Positions 1 through 6,617 of a stretch of DNA of 56,067 nt are shown in pieces. The position numbers and the translations under genes were made by a program. Source of the stretch: a bacterium (GTDB lineage: Bacteria; Hydrothermota; Hydrothermia; UBA1063); the NCBI GenBank assembly GCA_030019025.1, contig JASEFR010000010.1:1-56067 (forward strand), given 5' to 3'. Under the pieces are notes generated by a model. That model saw only the letters and a list, made by a program, of their open reading frames with translations, did not search any database and was not told the origin of the DNA. Positions within the stretch are counted from its first letter, which is position 1, and each line of letters begins with the position of its first letter.

Positions 1-36
1 CATGCCCTTGGTGTCAGTGAGGACGCCAAGGGCATG
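1..36 (-). terminator. GC-rich inverted repeat, candidate terminator closing the peptide-maturation cluster
   Basis: CATGCCCTTGG (1-11) is the exact reverse complement of CCAAGGGCATG (26-36). It lies 34 nt past the stop of the 70..195 ORF. Any U-tract would fall outside the window, so this is unverified. Confidence 0.3.
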
Positions 37-69
37 GAAAATCAAGTTATCAAACTAAATCTCTAAATT

Positions 70-195
70 CTATTTATTCTCAACCTTTTCTGGCTTCTCC
101 TTCTTGCACTTAACAAGGAAACACCCACAGTATTTTTTACTCCACGAACGTAATGTTTCCTTTATGTTTTCCTTTGTTTTGTTGATCCATTTCAT
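70..195 (-). CDS. Precursor-like peptide paralog C (41 aa): MKWINKTKENIKETLRSWSKKYCGCFLVKCKKEKPEKVENK
   Basis: Hand translation of the minus strand. ATG at 195..193 is preceded by GGGGGTG, which overlaps the TAG stop of the upstream gene; stop TAG at 72..70. It shares the MKxIN start and CGCFLxxC core with the ORFs at 5122..5226 and 5237..5350. Confidence 0.7.
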   Translation of the reverse strand: MKWINKTKENIKETLRSWSKKYCGCFLVKCKKEKPEKVENK

Positions 196-204
196 AAGCA
201 CCCC

Positions 205-2163
205 CTAAAATTCTAACTTTAACTTAACAGAGAAACTTCTGCTTGTCATTTCATAACTCCCTGTATCCTTTCTCCAGCCCGCATCACTCAGGAAAAGGAT
301 GGAGATACAATCAGTTAAATACAAGTACCCAACGTTCTTAAGGTAAAGGGCTTGAGTCTGGCCATCAGTGTTGTGCTCCACATAGGGTTTTATAACAAAT
401 CTATCCCTGACAATAGGGACCAGTCCAAAAAGCTGGAAGATTGAAGTTTTCTCCTCGCCATATCTCAAAATTTGGAAATTTACACCGGCATTGAAAAGGT
501 TGAGAGGAGAAATCTTGAGCTTTAAAGCCGCGTTATAACTATTTTCGCCAAGGTATTCACCCTTCATAAACGATAGTCCTACGTTGTTGTAGCTTGCCGG
601 GGCGTAAGAGAAGGCAATACCTAAAAAAGAGTAGTACCTGATGTCTTCTGGAAGGAAATCGAGATATGCCAATTCGTCTTTAACATAACTTAAACCCAAT
701 CCATAAGGACCTCTTGCACCACTTATTTCAAAATTTATATACCTTTCCACAAGGTCAGCACTTGAAAGGTCTCTCAATTCATCAAAATAAAACTGGGGTT
801 TGAAATAAGTAGCCTTTCCGAGGGGAATACCATATCCACAGTTAAAAGAATATTCTCTCACATTTTCGAAATATATAGGGCTAAAGGGCATCACAAAATT
901 TTCACCAATCTGTAAGAAAGAGGCCGATGCTTCGAGCCCCTTAAACTCACTTCTCCTATAAAACCTTACATAATACAAATTGGACTTTTCATCAAATCTA
1001 CGAGATATTTGAGATTGAAAGCCAAAACCTACTTTTGGAGCTATAACTCCACTGAAATCAAAGGATGCCAAGGAATAGGATGTCGGACTCCAGAGATAAA
1101 ATGTTCCTATATTAAACCCGTGTAAGGGTGCAAAGTTAATTTTGCCAAAGGAAAGGGTGTCGTAGCTTTCTTCCTTCGGTAAAAAAGCAATCCCACTCAG
1201 CTTTTCGGACTTGGTATAAAACTTTGCACCAAAGCTAATGTCTTCAAAAGCCCTCGTCCAGATTAGCTGATAGGGAAGAGAGTAAAGTTCTTTACCCTCC
1301 ATGAAGACTTCCCTTTTCTCGGGGTAATATATAGGCCTTCTTCTAAGGGAGATTTCCTTCACATCTGCTTCAATTTCAGAAAAGTCGGGTTTTACAACAA
1401 TATCAAGTACCGTTGAAGTTCCCTTCTTAAATCTGAAATTGCCTCCAAAGGATAAACGATTGAAGTATAATGTGTCTTGCTTTTGTGTCCATCCTCTCAC
1501 ATAAAAACTATTCCTCATTTGAAGGGTGCTTCTATAACTCTCTTCACTTTTTAAACCTTCAAAGCCAATATTTACCTTATGCATATGAGAAAGGGATTGG
1601 AATGAACCTTCAATATTTGAAAACTGAAACTGGCCAGCTCCCGCTATGAATCTCCCAAGTTTCACGCCCCATGGATTCCTTGTATAGGAAATTTCAGAAA
1701 GGGGAATTAAAATTAAGACGTCATAACCATAATCGGTTATCTCAGTCTTTGCCTGCCACCTACCATCCCATTCTTCTACGTTATCCCCGCCTTCCGAGAG
1801 AATAAAATCCCTTTTAGTGCCCAAAGGGTTCACCTGAAAACCGTAGGCAGTATTCCCATTACCTCCAGTATCCAGGAAGAGGAGAACGAAATCGTCTGCC
1901 ATGATGTCTTCCTGGTCATCCTTTTTAACCGTTGAAGATATCTTCGTTTTCTGGTAGTTTTTAAAGTATACTGCAAAGGTATTGCCCGATATGAGTCCAA
2001 TTCTAAAGAAGGTGGACTCTTCCGGGAAACTGTCAAGACTCGGATATACCTGGTAAAGCCTAAGGATGCTGTCGGGAAGAGATGCCTTTTTAAGGAACTC
2101 TTCCACACTCTCAGTATAGATAGGTTCTATTATGAGTTTGGCAATTAACAAAAGCAGCACCAT
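205..2163 (-). CDS. Outer-membrane protein, CBM9-like N-terminal domain plus DUF5916-type beta-rich region
   Basis: 652 aa ORF with SD AAGGAGG before the ATG and a hydrophobic N-terminus. The segment DDFVLLFLDTGGNGNTAYGFQVNPLGTKRD...WDGRWQAKT resembles the CBM9/DOMON-like module of the DUF5916 family. The remainder is rich in aromatic-ended beta strands. It starts 10 nt after the ABC gene. Confidence 0.55.
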   Translation of the reverse strand: MVLLLLIAKLIIEPIYTESVEEFLKKASLPDSILRLYQVYPSLDSFPEESTFFRIGLISGNTFAVYFKNYQKTKISSTVKKDDQEDIMADDFVLLFLDTGGNGNTAYGFQVNPLGTKRDFILSEGGDNVEEWDGRWQAKTEITDYGYDVLILIPLSEISYTRNPWGVKLGRFIAGAGQFQFSNIEGSFQSLSHMHKVNIGFEGLKSEESYRSTLQMRNSFYVRGWTQKQDTLYFNRLSFGGNFRFKKGTSTVLDIVVKPDFSEIEADVKEISLRRRPIYYPEKREVFMEGKELYSLPYQLIWTRAFEDISFGAKFYTKSEKLSGIAFLPKEESYDTLSFGKINFAPLHGFNIGTFYLWSPTSYSLASFDFSGVIAPKVGFGFQSQISRRFDEKSNLYYVRFYRRSEFKGLEASASFLQIGENFVMPFSPIYFENVREYSFNCGYGIPLGKATYFKPQFYFDELRDLSSADLVERYINFEISGARGPYGLGLSYVKDELAYLDFLPEDIRYYSFLGIAFSYAPASYNNVGLSFMKGEYLGENSYNAALKLKISPLNLFNAGVNFQILRYGEEKTSIFQLFGLVPIVRDRFVIKPYVEHNTDGQTQALYLKNVGYLYLTDCISILFLSDAGWRKDTGSYEMTSRSFSVKLKLEF

Positions 2164-2173
2164 AAAAACCTCC

Positions 2174-3790
2174 TTATTTTGAAGAATTGTGTCCCACTTC
2201 CGCTAAACATATTTTTTCAAAACCACCCAAATCTATTTCTGCTGACGGTAGGGCCACAATTAAACCCCTCCCTTTGGAATAATTCTCTATCAGATTCCAA
2301 TAAAACGCTTTTGAAACGTCATCAAGATTTGCGAGTGGTTCATCCAAAATTAGAAAATCACAGTTTTCCCGCGAAAGTGCGATTAGCAAAGAAAGTTTTT
2401 GCTTCTCACCTGCCGAGAGTTGAGTGAATTTAACATCGTCCCTCTCCTTAAATACATCTTTCTTAGCAATTTCTCTTAATTTTCCGTTAGAGATCAGTGT
2501 TAGATTATCTTTTAGCGTGGGTAAAAGTATAGGCGGGTAAAAGGAAACGGATAGCCTTTTAAAGTAAGTTTTCTTACTAACTTTTTCTAAAGGTAAGGTA
2601 CTATTGAGTTTAACGGTCCCCTCAGATGGATTAATCAGCCCTGTAATAACTTCAATTAATGTTGACTTTCCGGAACCATTCGGGCCAAGAATTACATATT
2701 TTTTACCCTTCACAAACTCAAAAGATAAATCCTCTATAACCCTGTTGTCTCCAAAGTCAACAGTAACATTCTCAAGACTGATGGCATTTATTGATCCCTC
2801 AATATTAACCTCACCTCCACCATTCGCCACGGCTTTAAACTCCTCAATTCTTCCGATAACGCCTGAAGTTGTCTGTATCTCAATGAAAATTTCAGATATG
2901 CTATCAATAGGGGATGAGATGTACCTCATAAGCTCCATAAAAGCCACCAGACCACCTACCGTTAAATTACCCCTTACTATCTCAATGGTACCAAAGAGAA
3001 AAACTCCTACAGGAAGAAAATCACTTAAAACCCCATAAATACCCGAATAAATACCGCTCACTTCCGCTCTTTTTAGCCTTATTCCCAAATAATCCCTTAA
3101 AGCATAGCCTAATATCGTTTTCACAGGTGACACCACTTGCAGTAAATTTACAATCTTAAAACTCTTTAAAACTTCTACAGCAACTTCCCCGAACCTTGCT
3201 TTAAACTCCTGAAATTTCAGAGAGTAATCTCTTATTCGATTCCCAAACAGCAAGTTTAGAAAGTAAAAACCCGTAGACAAGAAAAGTACAAATAAAGTAA
3301 GTTTCCAGGAAAGCCTCAGACAGACAATAAGGCCAAAGAAAAAGATCAAAAAGACCTTTATAACAAAGGTTACCGTAGTAGTTAAGCTCTCTTCAACTTC
3401 AGCTGGCTCATTGAAAACTCGTGAATAAAAATACCCCGAATCCTTCTCTTTAACCTTTTTAAAAGGTAGCTGATAATAAACATAAAGAAGCTCATCCACC
3501 AGCTTTTCATAAATTCCGTTTTTTAACTTCTGATCCACCACCTTGGAAAAGTAAAGGGTAACTTCTCTCAGAACAACAACTACCAAAATGATGAGAGAAT
3601 ACAAACCGAGAAGCGGAAGATCCTTTGCAGGAATAATTCGGTCAATGATCTCCTTGAAAATTAAAGGAACAGGCAATTGAAGAGCAGTGCCTAAAAGGAG
3701 TAAAATTAAGGACAGGGCGAATAAACTGCCTTGAAAAAGGGTGTATCTTTTAAAATACCCTATGAATAGCTTTAAATCACTTTGCCGCAA
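2174..3790 (-). CDS. ABC exporter, fused permease plus ATPase, with no peptidase domain
   Basis: 538 aa with an N-terminal multi-TM region. Walker A is GPNGSGKST, the signature-like motif is LSAGEKQK and Walker B is FLILDEP. It overlaps the radical SAM gene by 14 nt. I could not find a canonical Q-loop Gln or H-loop His. Confidence 0.85.
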   Translation of the reverse strand: MRQSDLKLFIGYFKRYTLFQGSLFALSLILLLLGTALQLPVPLIFKEIIDRIIPAKDLPLLGLYSLIILVVVVLREVTLYFSKVVDQKLKNGIYEKLVDELLYVYYQLPFKKVKEKDSGYFYSRVFNEPAEVEESLTTTVTFVIKVFLIFFFGLIVCLRLSWKLTLFVLFLSTGFYFLNLLFGNRIRDYSLKFQEFKARFGEVAVEVLKSFKIVNLLQVVSPVKTILGYALRDYLGIRLKRAEVSGIYSGIYGVLSDFLPVGVFLFGTIEIVRGNLTVGGLVAFMELMRYISSPIDSISEIFIEIQTTSGVIGRIEEFKAVANGGGEVNIEGSINAISLENVTVDFGDNRVIEDLSFEFVKGKKYVILGPNGSGKSTLIEVITGLINPSEGTVKLNSTLPLEKVSKKTYFKRLSVSFYPPILLPTLKDNLTLISNGKLREIAKKDVFKERDDVKFTQLSAGEKQKLSLLIALSRENCDFLILDEPLANLDDVSKAFYWNLIENYSKGRGLIVALPSAEIDLGGFEKICLAEVGHNSSK

Positions 3791-5075
3791 AACTGTGCTC
3801 CTTTAAATCGTAAATAGTTTTTAACGATAACTCAAGGCTGTATCTCCAAATTTCACAACGATTTTTTCCAGTTTTTAATTTGTAAAGAGGACATCCTCCT
3901 CCACATACAGGGAGATACTTACAGTTATAACACTCCTTGTCGAGTATCTTTAAGTTTTCCCACTTAAGAACACTTCTTGCGTCCTCTCTGTAATTATCCA
4001 CATACCCTATTGATTCCCTATCTCTCCCCACGAGGTCAAAGCACTTTTTAATGCTTCCATCCGCGTCTATCAAATAGTGAAAAGGTGTAATACCAGCACA
4101 AAAGACATAGGAAAGTTCAGGATAAACCTCATAGGGAAAGCCGTACTTGTAAAGTAGAGGCACGATCTTCTCAGCGTAAACTTTACCGTATTCTTCGTCT
4201 CCAAAAAGATTCTCGCCAAAGTCAATTTTGTCCTTTTCACCCGTAACTGGTGAAAAGTAGACCTCCAAGTTATTTTTTTTAATCTTAGCAAAAATTTTCA
4301 AAAGGTCCTCAATATGCTCTATGTTTTCCTTATCAACATTAACGCGTATCCTGATAACAAATTCAGGAAAAGTTTCAATAACCCTTTCCACATTTTCAAA
4401 GATCTTTTCAAAAGTACCACCCTTATTTTTCAGAAATCGCCTTTTATTATGAATTTCAGGGGGTCCATCAAGAGTTATCTGGGCAGATTTCAAAGAGGTC
4501 TTTTCGATCAACTCTCCTGCGGTCTCTATGTCAAAGAGATAACCATTGGTGACAATATCGGACGAAAATTTAAATCCCATTTTTTCAGCCAGCTCTTTAA
4601 AGAATTGGCCAAATTCAAAAAGCACATCTTTACACAGTAAGGGCTCACCACCGTAAAAGGAGAGGGAAACATCTTCAGGTTTAAAAGCATCTACTTTTTC
4701 CCTAATAAAATCTAAGACCTTCCCCTTAGTTCCCTCAGAAAGCTTCACGTTCTTAATCCCCGATTCAAAACAATAATAGCAGCCAAAATTACAACCCGTT
4801 GTGGGAACAATGGTAAAAAGAAGCTTCCGAGAATAATATCTGCTCATAAAGAAATTTCTTAAATAATAGCCCTTTTCATCGAATCTGTTCTCAACGATGA
4901 ATCCCGCATCAACAAATTCTTGCAGGATTTTCTCATCGTTAATTTCTGGAAACTTCCTGTAAAACTCTTCGTACCGCTTATCCAGTAAAACAAAATTCTT
5001 CGTTAAGATGTTATACAGCAAAAGCCCATCTTCGTGTTCAATTTCAATATTATAAAAATTTTTGTGAAATCCCAT
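3777..5075 (-). CDS. Radical SAM/SPASM-domain peptide maturase
   Basis: 432 aa. The CxxxCxxC motif sits in TTGCNFGCYYCFE. The C-terminal SPASM pattern reads FCAG...DGSIKKC...CYNCKYLPVCGGGC...RC. An N-terminal extension of about 90 aa precedes the SAM cluster, where RRE/PqqD-like leader-binding domains normally sit. Confidence 0.9.
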   Translation of the reverse strand: MGFHKNFYNIEIEHEDGLLLYNILTKNFVLLDKRYEEFYRKFPEINDEKILQEFVDAGFIVENRFDEKGYYLRNFFMSRYYSRKLLFTIVPTTGCNFGCYYCFESGIKNVKLSEGTKGKVLDFIREKVDAFKPEDVSLSFYGGEPLLCKDVLFEFGQFFKELAEKMGFKFSSDIVTNGYLFDIETAGELIEKTSLKSAQITLDGPPEIHNKRRFLKNKGGTFEKIFENVERVIETFPEFVIRIRVNVDKENIEHIEDLLKIFAKIKKNNLEVYFSPVTGEKDKIDFGENLFGDEEYGKVYAEKIVPLLYKYGFPYEVYPELSYVFCAGITPFHYLIDADGSIKKCFDLVGRDRESIGYVDNYREDARSVLKWENLKILDKECYNCKYLPVCGGGCPLYKLKTGKNRCEIWRYSLELSLKTIYDLKEHSFAAK

Positions 5076-5080
5076 TTCAA

Positions 5081-5106
5081 CCTCCCTTTTTAGACCGGAA
5101 GGGAGG
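5081..5106 (-). promoter_or_regulatory. Hairpin that sequesters the maturase Shine-Dalgarno, located between pepA and the radical SAM gene
   Basis: The mRNA-sense sequence is CCTCCCTTCCGGTCTAAAAAGGGAGG. CCTCCCTT pairs with AAGGGAGG over 8 bp with a 10-nt loop. The 3-prime arm is the SD, 5 nt before ATG 5075. Confidence 0.5.
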
Positions 5107-5121
5107 TGGGTTTTTTAATTT

Positions 5122-5226
5122 TTACACCTGGTCCTTCCTACAAATTGTTAAAAAGCAACCACAAATAGGTGGCAATATAGATGGTAAATTCACTTTCTGG
5201 CTATTATTAATATTAATTGCCTTCAT
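5122..5226 (-). CDS. Precursor-like peptide paralog A (34 aa): MKAININNSQKVNLPSILPPICGCFLTICRKDQV
   Basis: Hand translation. SD GGAGGTG lies 6 nt upstream of ATG 5226..5224; stop TAA at 5124..5122. It sits 46 nt upstream of the maturase start. Confidence 0.75.
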   Translation of the reverse strand: MKAININNSQKVNLPSILPPICGCFLTICRKDQV

Positions 5227-5236
5227 TCTTCACCTC

Positions 5237-5350
5237 CTACTTTTGTTCGCTGTCCCTCGGTGCCCTCTGATCACACCTTGTCAGAAAGCATCCACATAGA
5301 AAATCTATAATGCCTTTTTGTGGTGCATTCTCTCTGTTTATGTATCTCAT
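5237..5350 (-). CDS. Precursor-like peptide paralog B (37 aa): MRYINRENAPQKGIIDFLCGCFLTRCDQRAPRDSEQK
   Basis: This is the internal Met35 of the 71-aa track ORF 5237..5452. It is preceded by GGAAGGAGG-N5-ATG, whereas the upstream ATG at 5452 has no SD. The TAG stop overlaps the SD of pepA. Confidence 0.75.
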   Translation of the reverse strand: MRYINRENAPQKGIIDFLCGCFLTRCDQRAPRDSEQK

Positions 5351-5376
5351 TTTTACCTCCTTCCGTTTTTGGCTAC

Positions 5377-5388
5377 CCTCCCTTCCGG
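5377..5388 (-). repeat. 12-nt element CCGGAAGGGAGG (mRNA sense), perfectly complementary to 5095..5106
   Basis: The plus strand reads CCTCCCTTCCGG at 5377-5388 and CCGGAAGGGAGG at 5095-5106. On the transcript the two elements flank pepB-pepA. Confidence 0.6.
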
Positions 5389-5417
5389 CATACTTTTTAA
5401 TAAGCAAAAAGTATGCC
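5387..5417 (-). promoter_or_regulatory. 12-bp perfect hairpin in the 5-prime leader of pepB
   Basis: GGCATACTTTTT (5387-5398) and AAAAAGTATGCC (5406-5417) are exact reverse complements with a 7-nt loop. No U-tract follows on the sense strand. Confidence 0.4.
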
Positions 5418-5440
5418 AAAAGAGAGTCAGGATGTAAGTT

Positions 5441-5446
5441 ATTGTA
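5441..5446 (-). promoter_or_regulatory. Candidate -10 box TACAAT for the precursor/maturase operon
   Basis: The minus strand reads GAGTTACAATAAC. Only a weak -35 (TTCCAT-like) is present. The large palindrome lies immediately upstream. Confidence 0.3.
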
Positions 5447-5473
5447 ACTCATAAAAATGAGAAAATGGAAATA

Positions 5474-5509
5474 TTCCTAAAGTGCGAAAAACTTTTCGCA
5501 CTTTAGGAA
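5474..5509. promoter_or_regulatory. 36-bp perfect palindrome (17-bp arms, 2-nt centre); candidate operator or second terminator
   Basis: TTCCTAAAGTGCGAAAA-AC-TTTTCGCACTTTAGGAA, checked base by base. Confidence 0.5.
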
Positions 5510-5584
5510 AGTAGATTTAAGATCCTGAAACTCTCAAACTTAGAGTGTGAAAAAAGATTCAGTAAAAACCTCGAACTTTCACAT

Positions 5585-5615
5585 AAAAAAAATGGGGCGA
5601 CCGTATGGTCACCCC
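5585..5615 (-). terminator. Rho-independent terminator of the peroxiredoxin gene
   Basis: The minus-sense sequence is GGGGUGACC-AUAC-GGUCGCCCC followed by A and eight U residues. It lies 25 nt after the stop at 5640. Confidence 0.75.
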
Positions 5616-5639
5616 ATCAGAAAGGCAACCCTCAAAATC

Positions 5640-6275
5640 TTATATTTTCTTGTGGCAGAACCACCAATCGTAGCAGGTATATTCCTTTGGTCTTTTCTCA
5701 GCGGTTTCAACATCATTGGCCGGTGGCACAATAACCTCACTGCCTATAAGCTCGTTATTTGGCCAGTTCGCTGGCAATGCCACTTTATGCTGGTCAGTAA
5801 CTTGCAGACCTTTAACCATTCTGAGTATCTCGTCCATGTTCCTTCCAAGCTCCTGCGGATAATAGAGCACTGCCCTAAGAATGCTTTCAGGGTCAATTAT
5901 AAACACTGCTCTAACAGTGTTTGTGCCTTTTGAAGGATGAATCATGCCGAGTAGTTCTGCAATCTGACCTCTATCATCTGCGATTACAGGGAATTTTATT
6001 TCTATACCAAGTTTTTCCTTTATCCATTCAATCCACTTAATATGGGAGAAAACCTGATCAATAGAAAGGCCAATGAGCTCGGTGTTCAACTTTTTGAACT
6101 CGTCATACCTCTTCTGGAAAGCAACGAATTCGGTTGTGCACACAGGCGTGAAATCAGCAGGATGACTGAACAGTACTACCCACTTACCCTTGTAGTCTTC
6201 GGGAAACTTGATCATCCCATGGGTTGTTTTTGCTGTAAATGCAGGTATTTTTTCACCTAATAGTGGCAGTCCCAT
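5640..6275 (-). CDS. Peroxiredoxin (1-Cys/Prx6-like)
   Basis: 211 aa with the motif [24 protein letters not shown] precedes the ATG. Confidence 0.9.
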   Translation of the reverse strand: MGLPLLGEKIPAFTAKTTHGMIKFPEDYKGKWVVLFSHPADFTPVCTTEFVAFQKRYDEFKKLNTELIGLSIDQVFSHIKWIEWIKEKLGIEIKFPVIADDRGQIAELLGMIHPSKGTNTVRAVFIIDPESILRAVLYYPQELGRNMDEILRMVKGLQVTDQHKVALPANWPNNELIGSEVIVPPANDVETAEKRPKEYTCYDWWFCHKKI

Positions 6276-6317
6276 TTTTAACCCCCTTGTTTTAAATTTA
6301 ATCTTGTAATCATTTTA

Positions 6318-6346
6318 ATTTTATATATTATAGCGCGTTTTGTCAA
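6318..6346 (-). promoter_or_regulatory. Sigma70-type promoter of the peroxiredoxin gene
   Basis: The minus strand carries TTGACA (6346-6341), a 17-nt spacer and TAAAAT (6323-6318). A leader of about 40 nt with an SD follows. Confidence 0.55.
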
Positions 6347-6542
6347 GAGGGTACTTTACACCGCACAATTTTTTCAGAACCAACAATTCAACAAGAACAA
6401 GCAGGCAAATCTTGCATCTGAACTACCAAAAAATTTCCCCTTGGTATATAGAATTTTCAACTCTACTTAACTGCAAAAAGTAGCCGTTGCCGAGTTAAAT
6501 TGTGAATTTTCGCACGCTTTGCCCTATAATAATATACTATCT

Positions 6543-6615
6543 GGGGATGTAGCTCAGCTGGGAGAGCATCGGCTTTGCAAGCCGGGGGTCAGGGGTTCGA
6601 ATCCCCTCATCTCCA
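6543..6615 (+). tRNA. tRNA-Ala (anticodon UGC); CCA not encoded
   Basis: The cloverleaf folds by hand. The acceptor stem GGGGATG/CATCTCC includes the G3:U70 Ala identity pair. The anticodon loop is TTTGCAA and the T-arm is AGGGG-TTCGAAT-CCCCT. TATAAT at 6525-6530 lies 12 nt upstream. Confidence 0.95.
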
Positions 6616-6617
6616 GT

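Noticed and set aside
5237-5452. 71-aa ORF from the track (MSYNNLHPDS...) as the coding unit
   Set aside because: Its ATG overlaps the candidate -10 box and has no SD, and its N-terminal half has no similarity to the other two peptides. The internal Met35 has a strong GGAAGGAGG site and yields a peptide colinear with the paralogs. I therefore call only 5237..5350.
2179-5933. Plus-strand ORFs 2179..2427, 2604..3038, 4314..4640 and 5547..5933, plus the nested minus-strand ORFs 1830..2108 and 4070..4291
   Set aside because: These are antisense or out-of-frame shadows inside well-supported minus-strand genes (ABC exporter, radical SAM, peroxiredoxin, outer-membrane protein). They have no SD and low-complexity composition.
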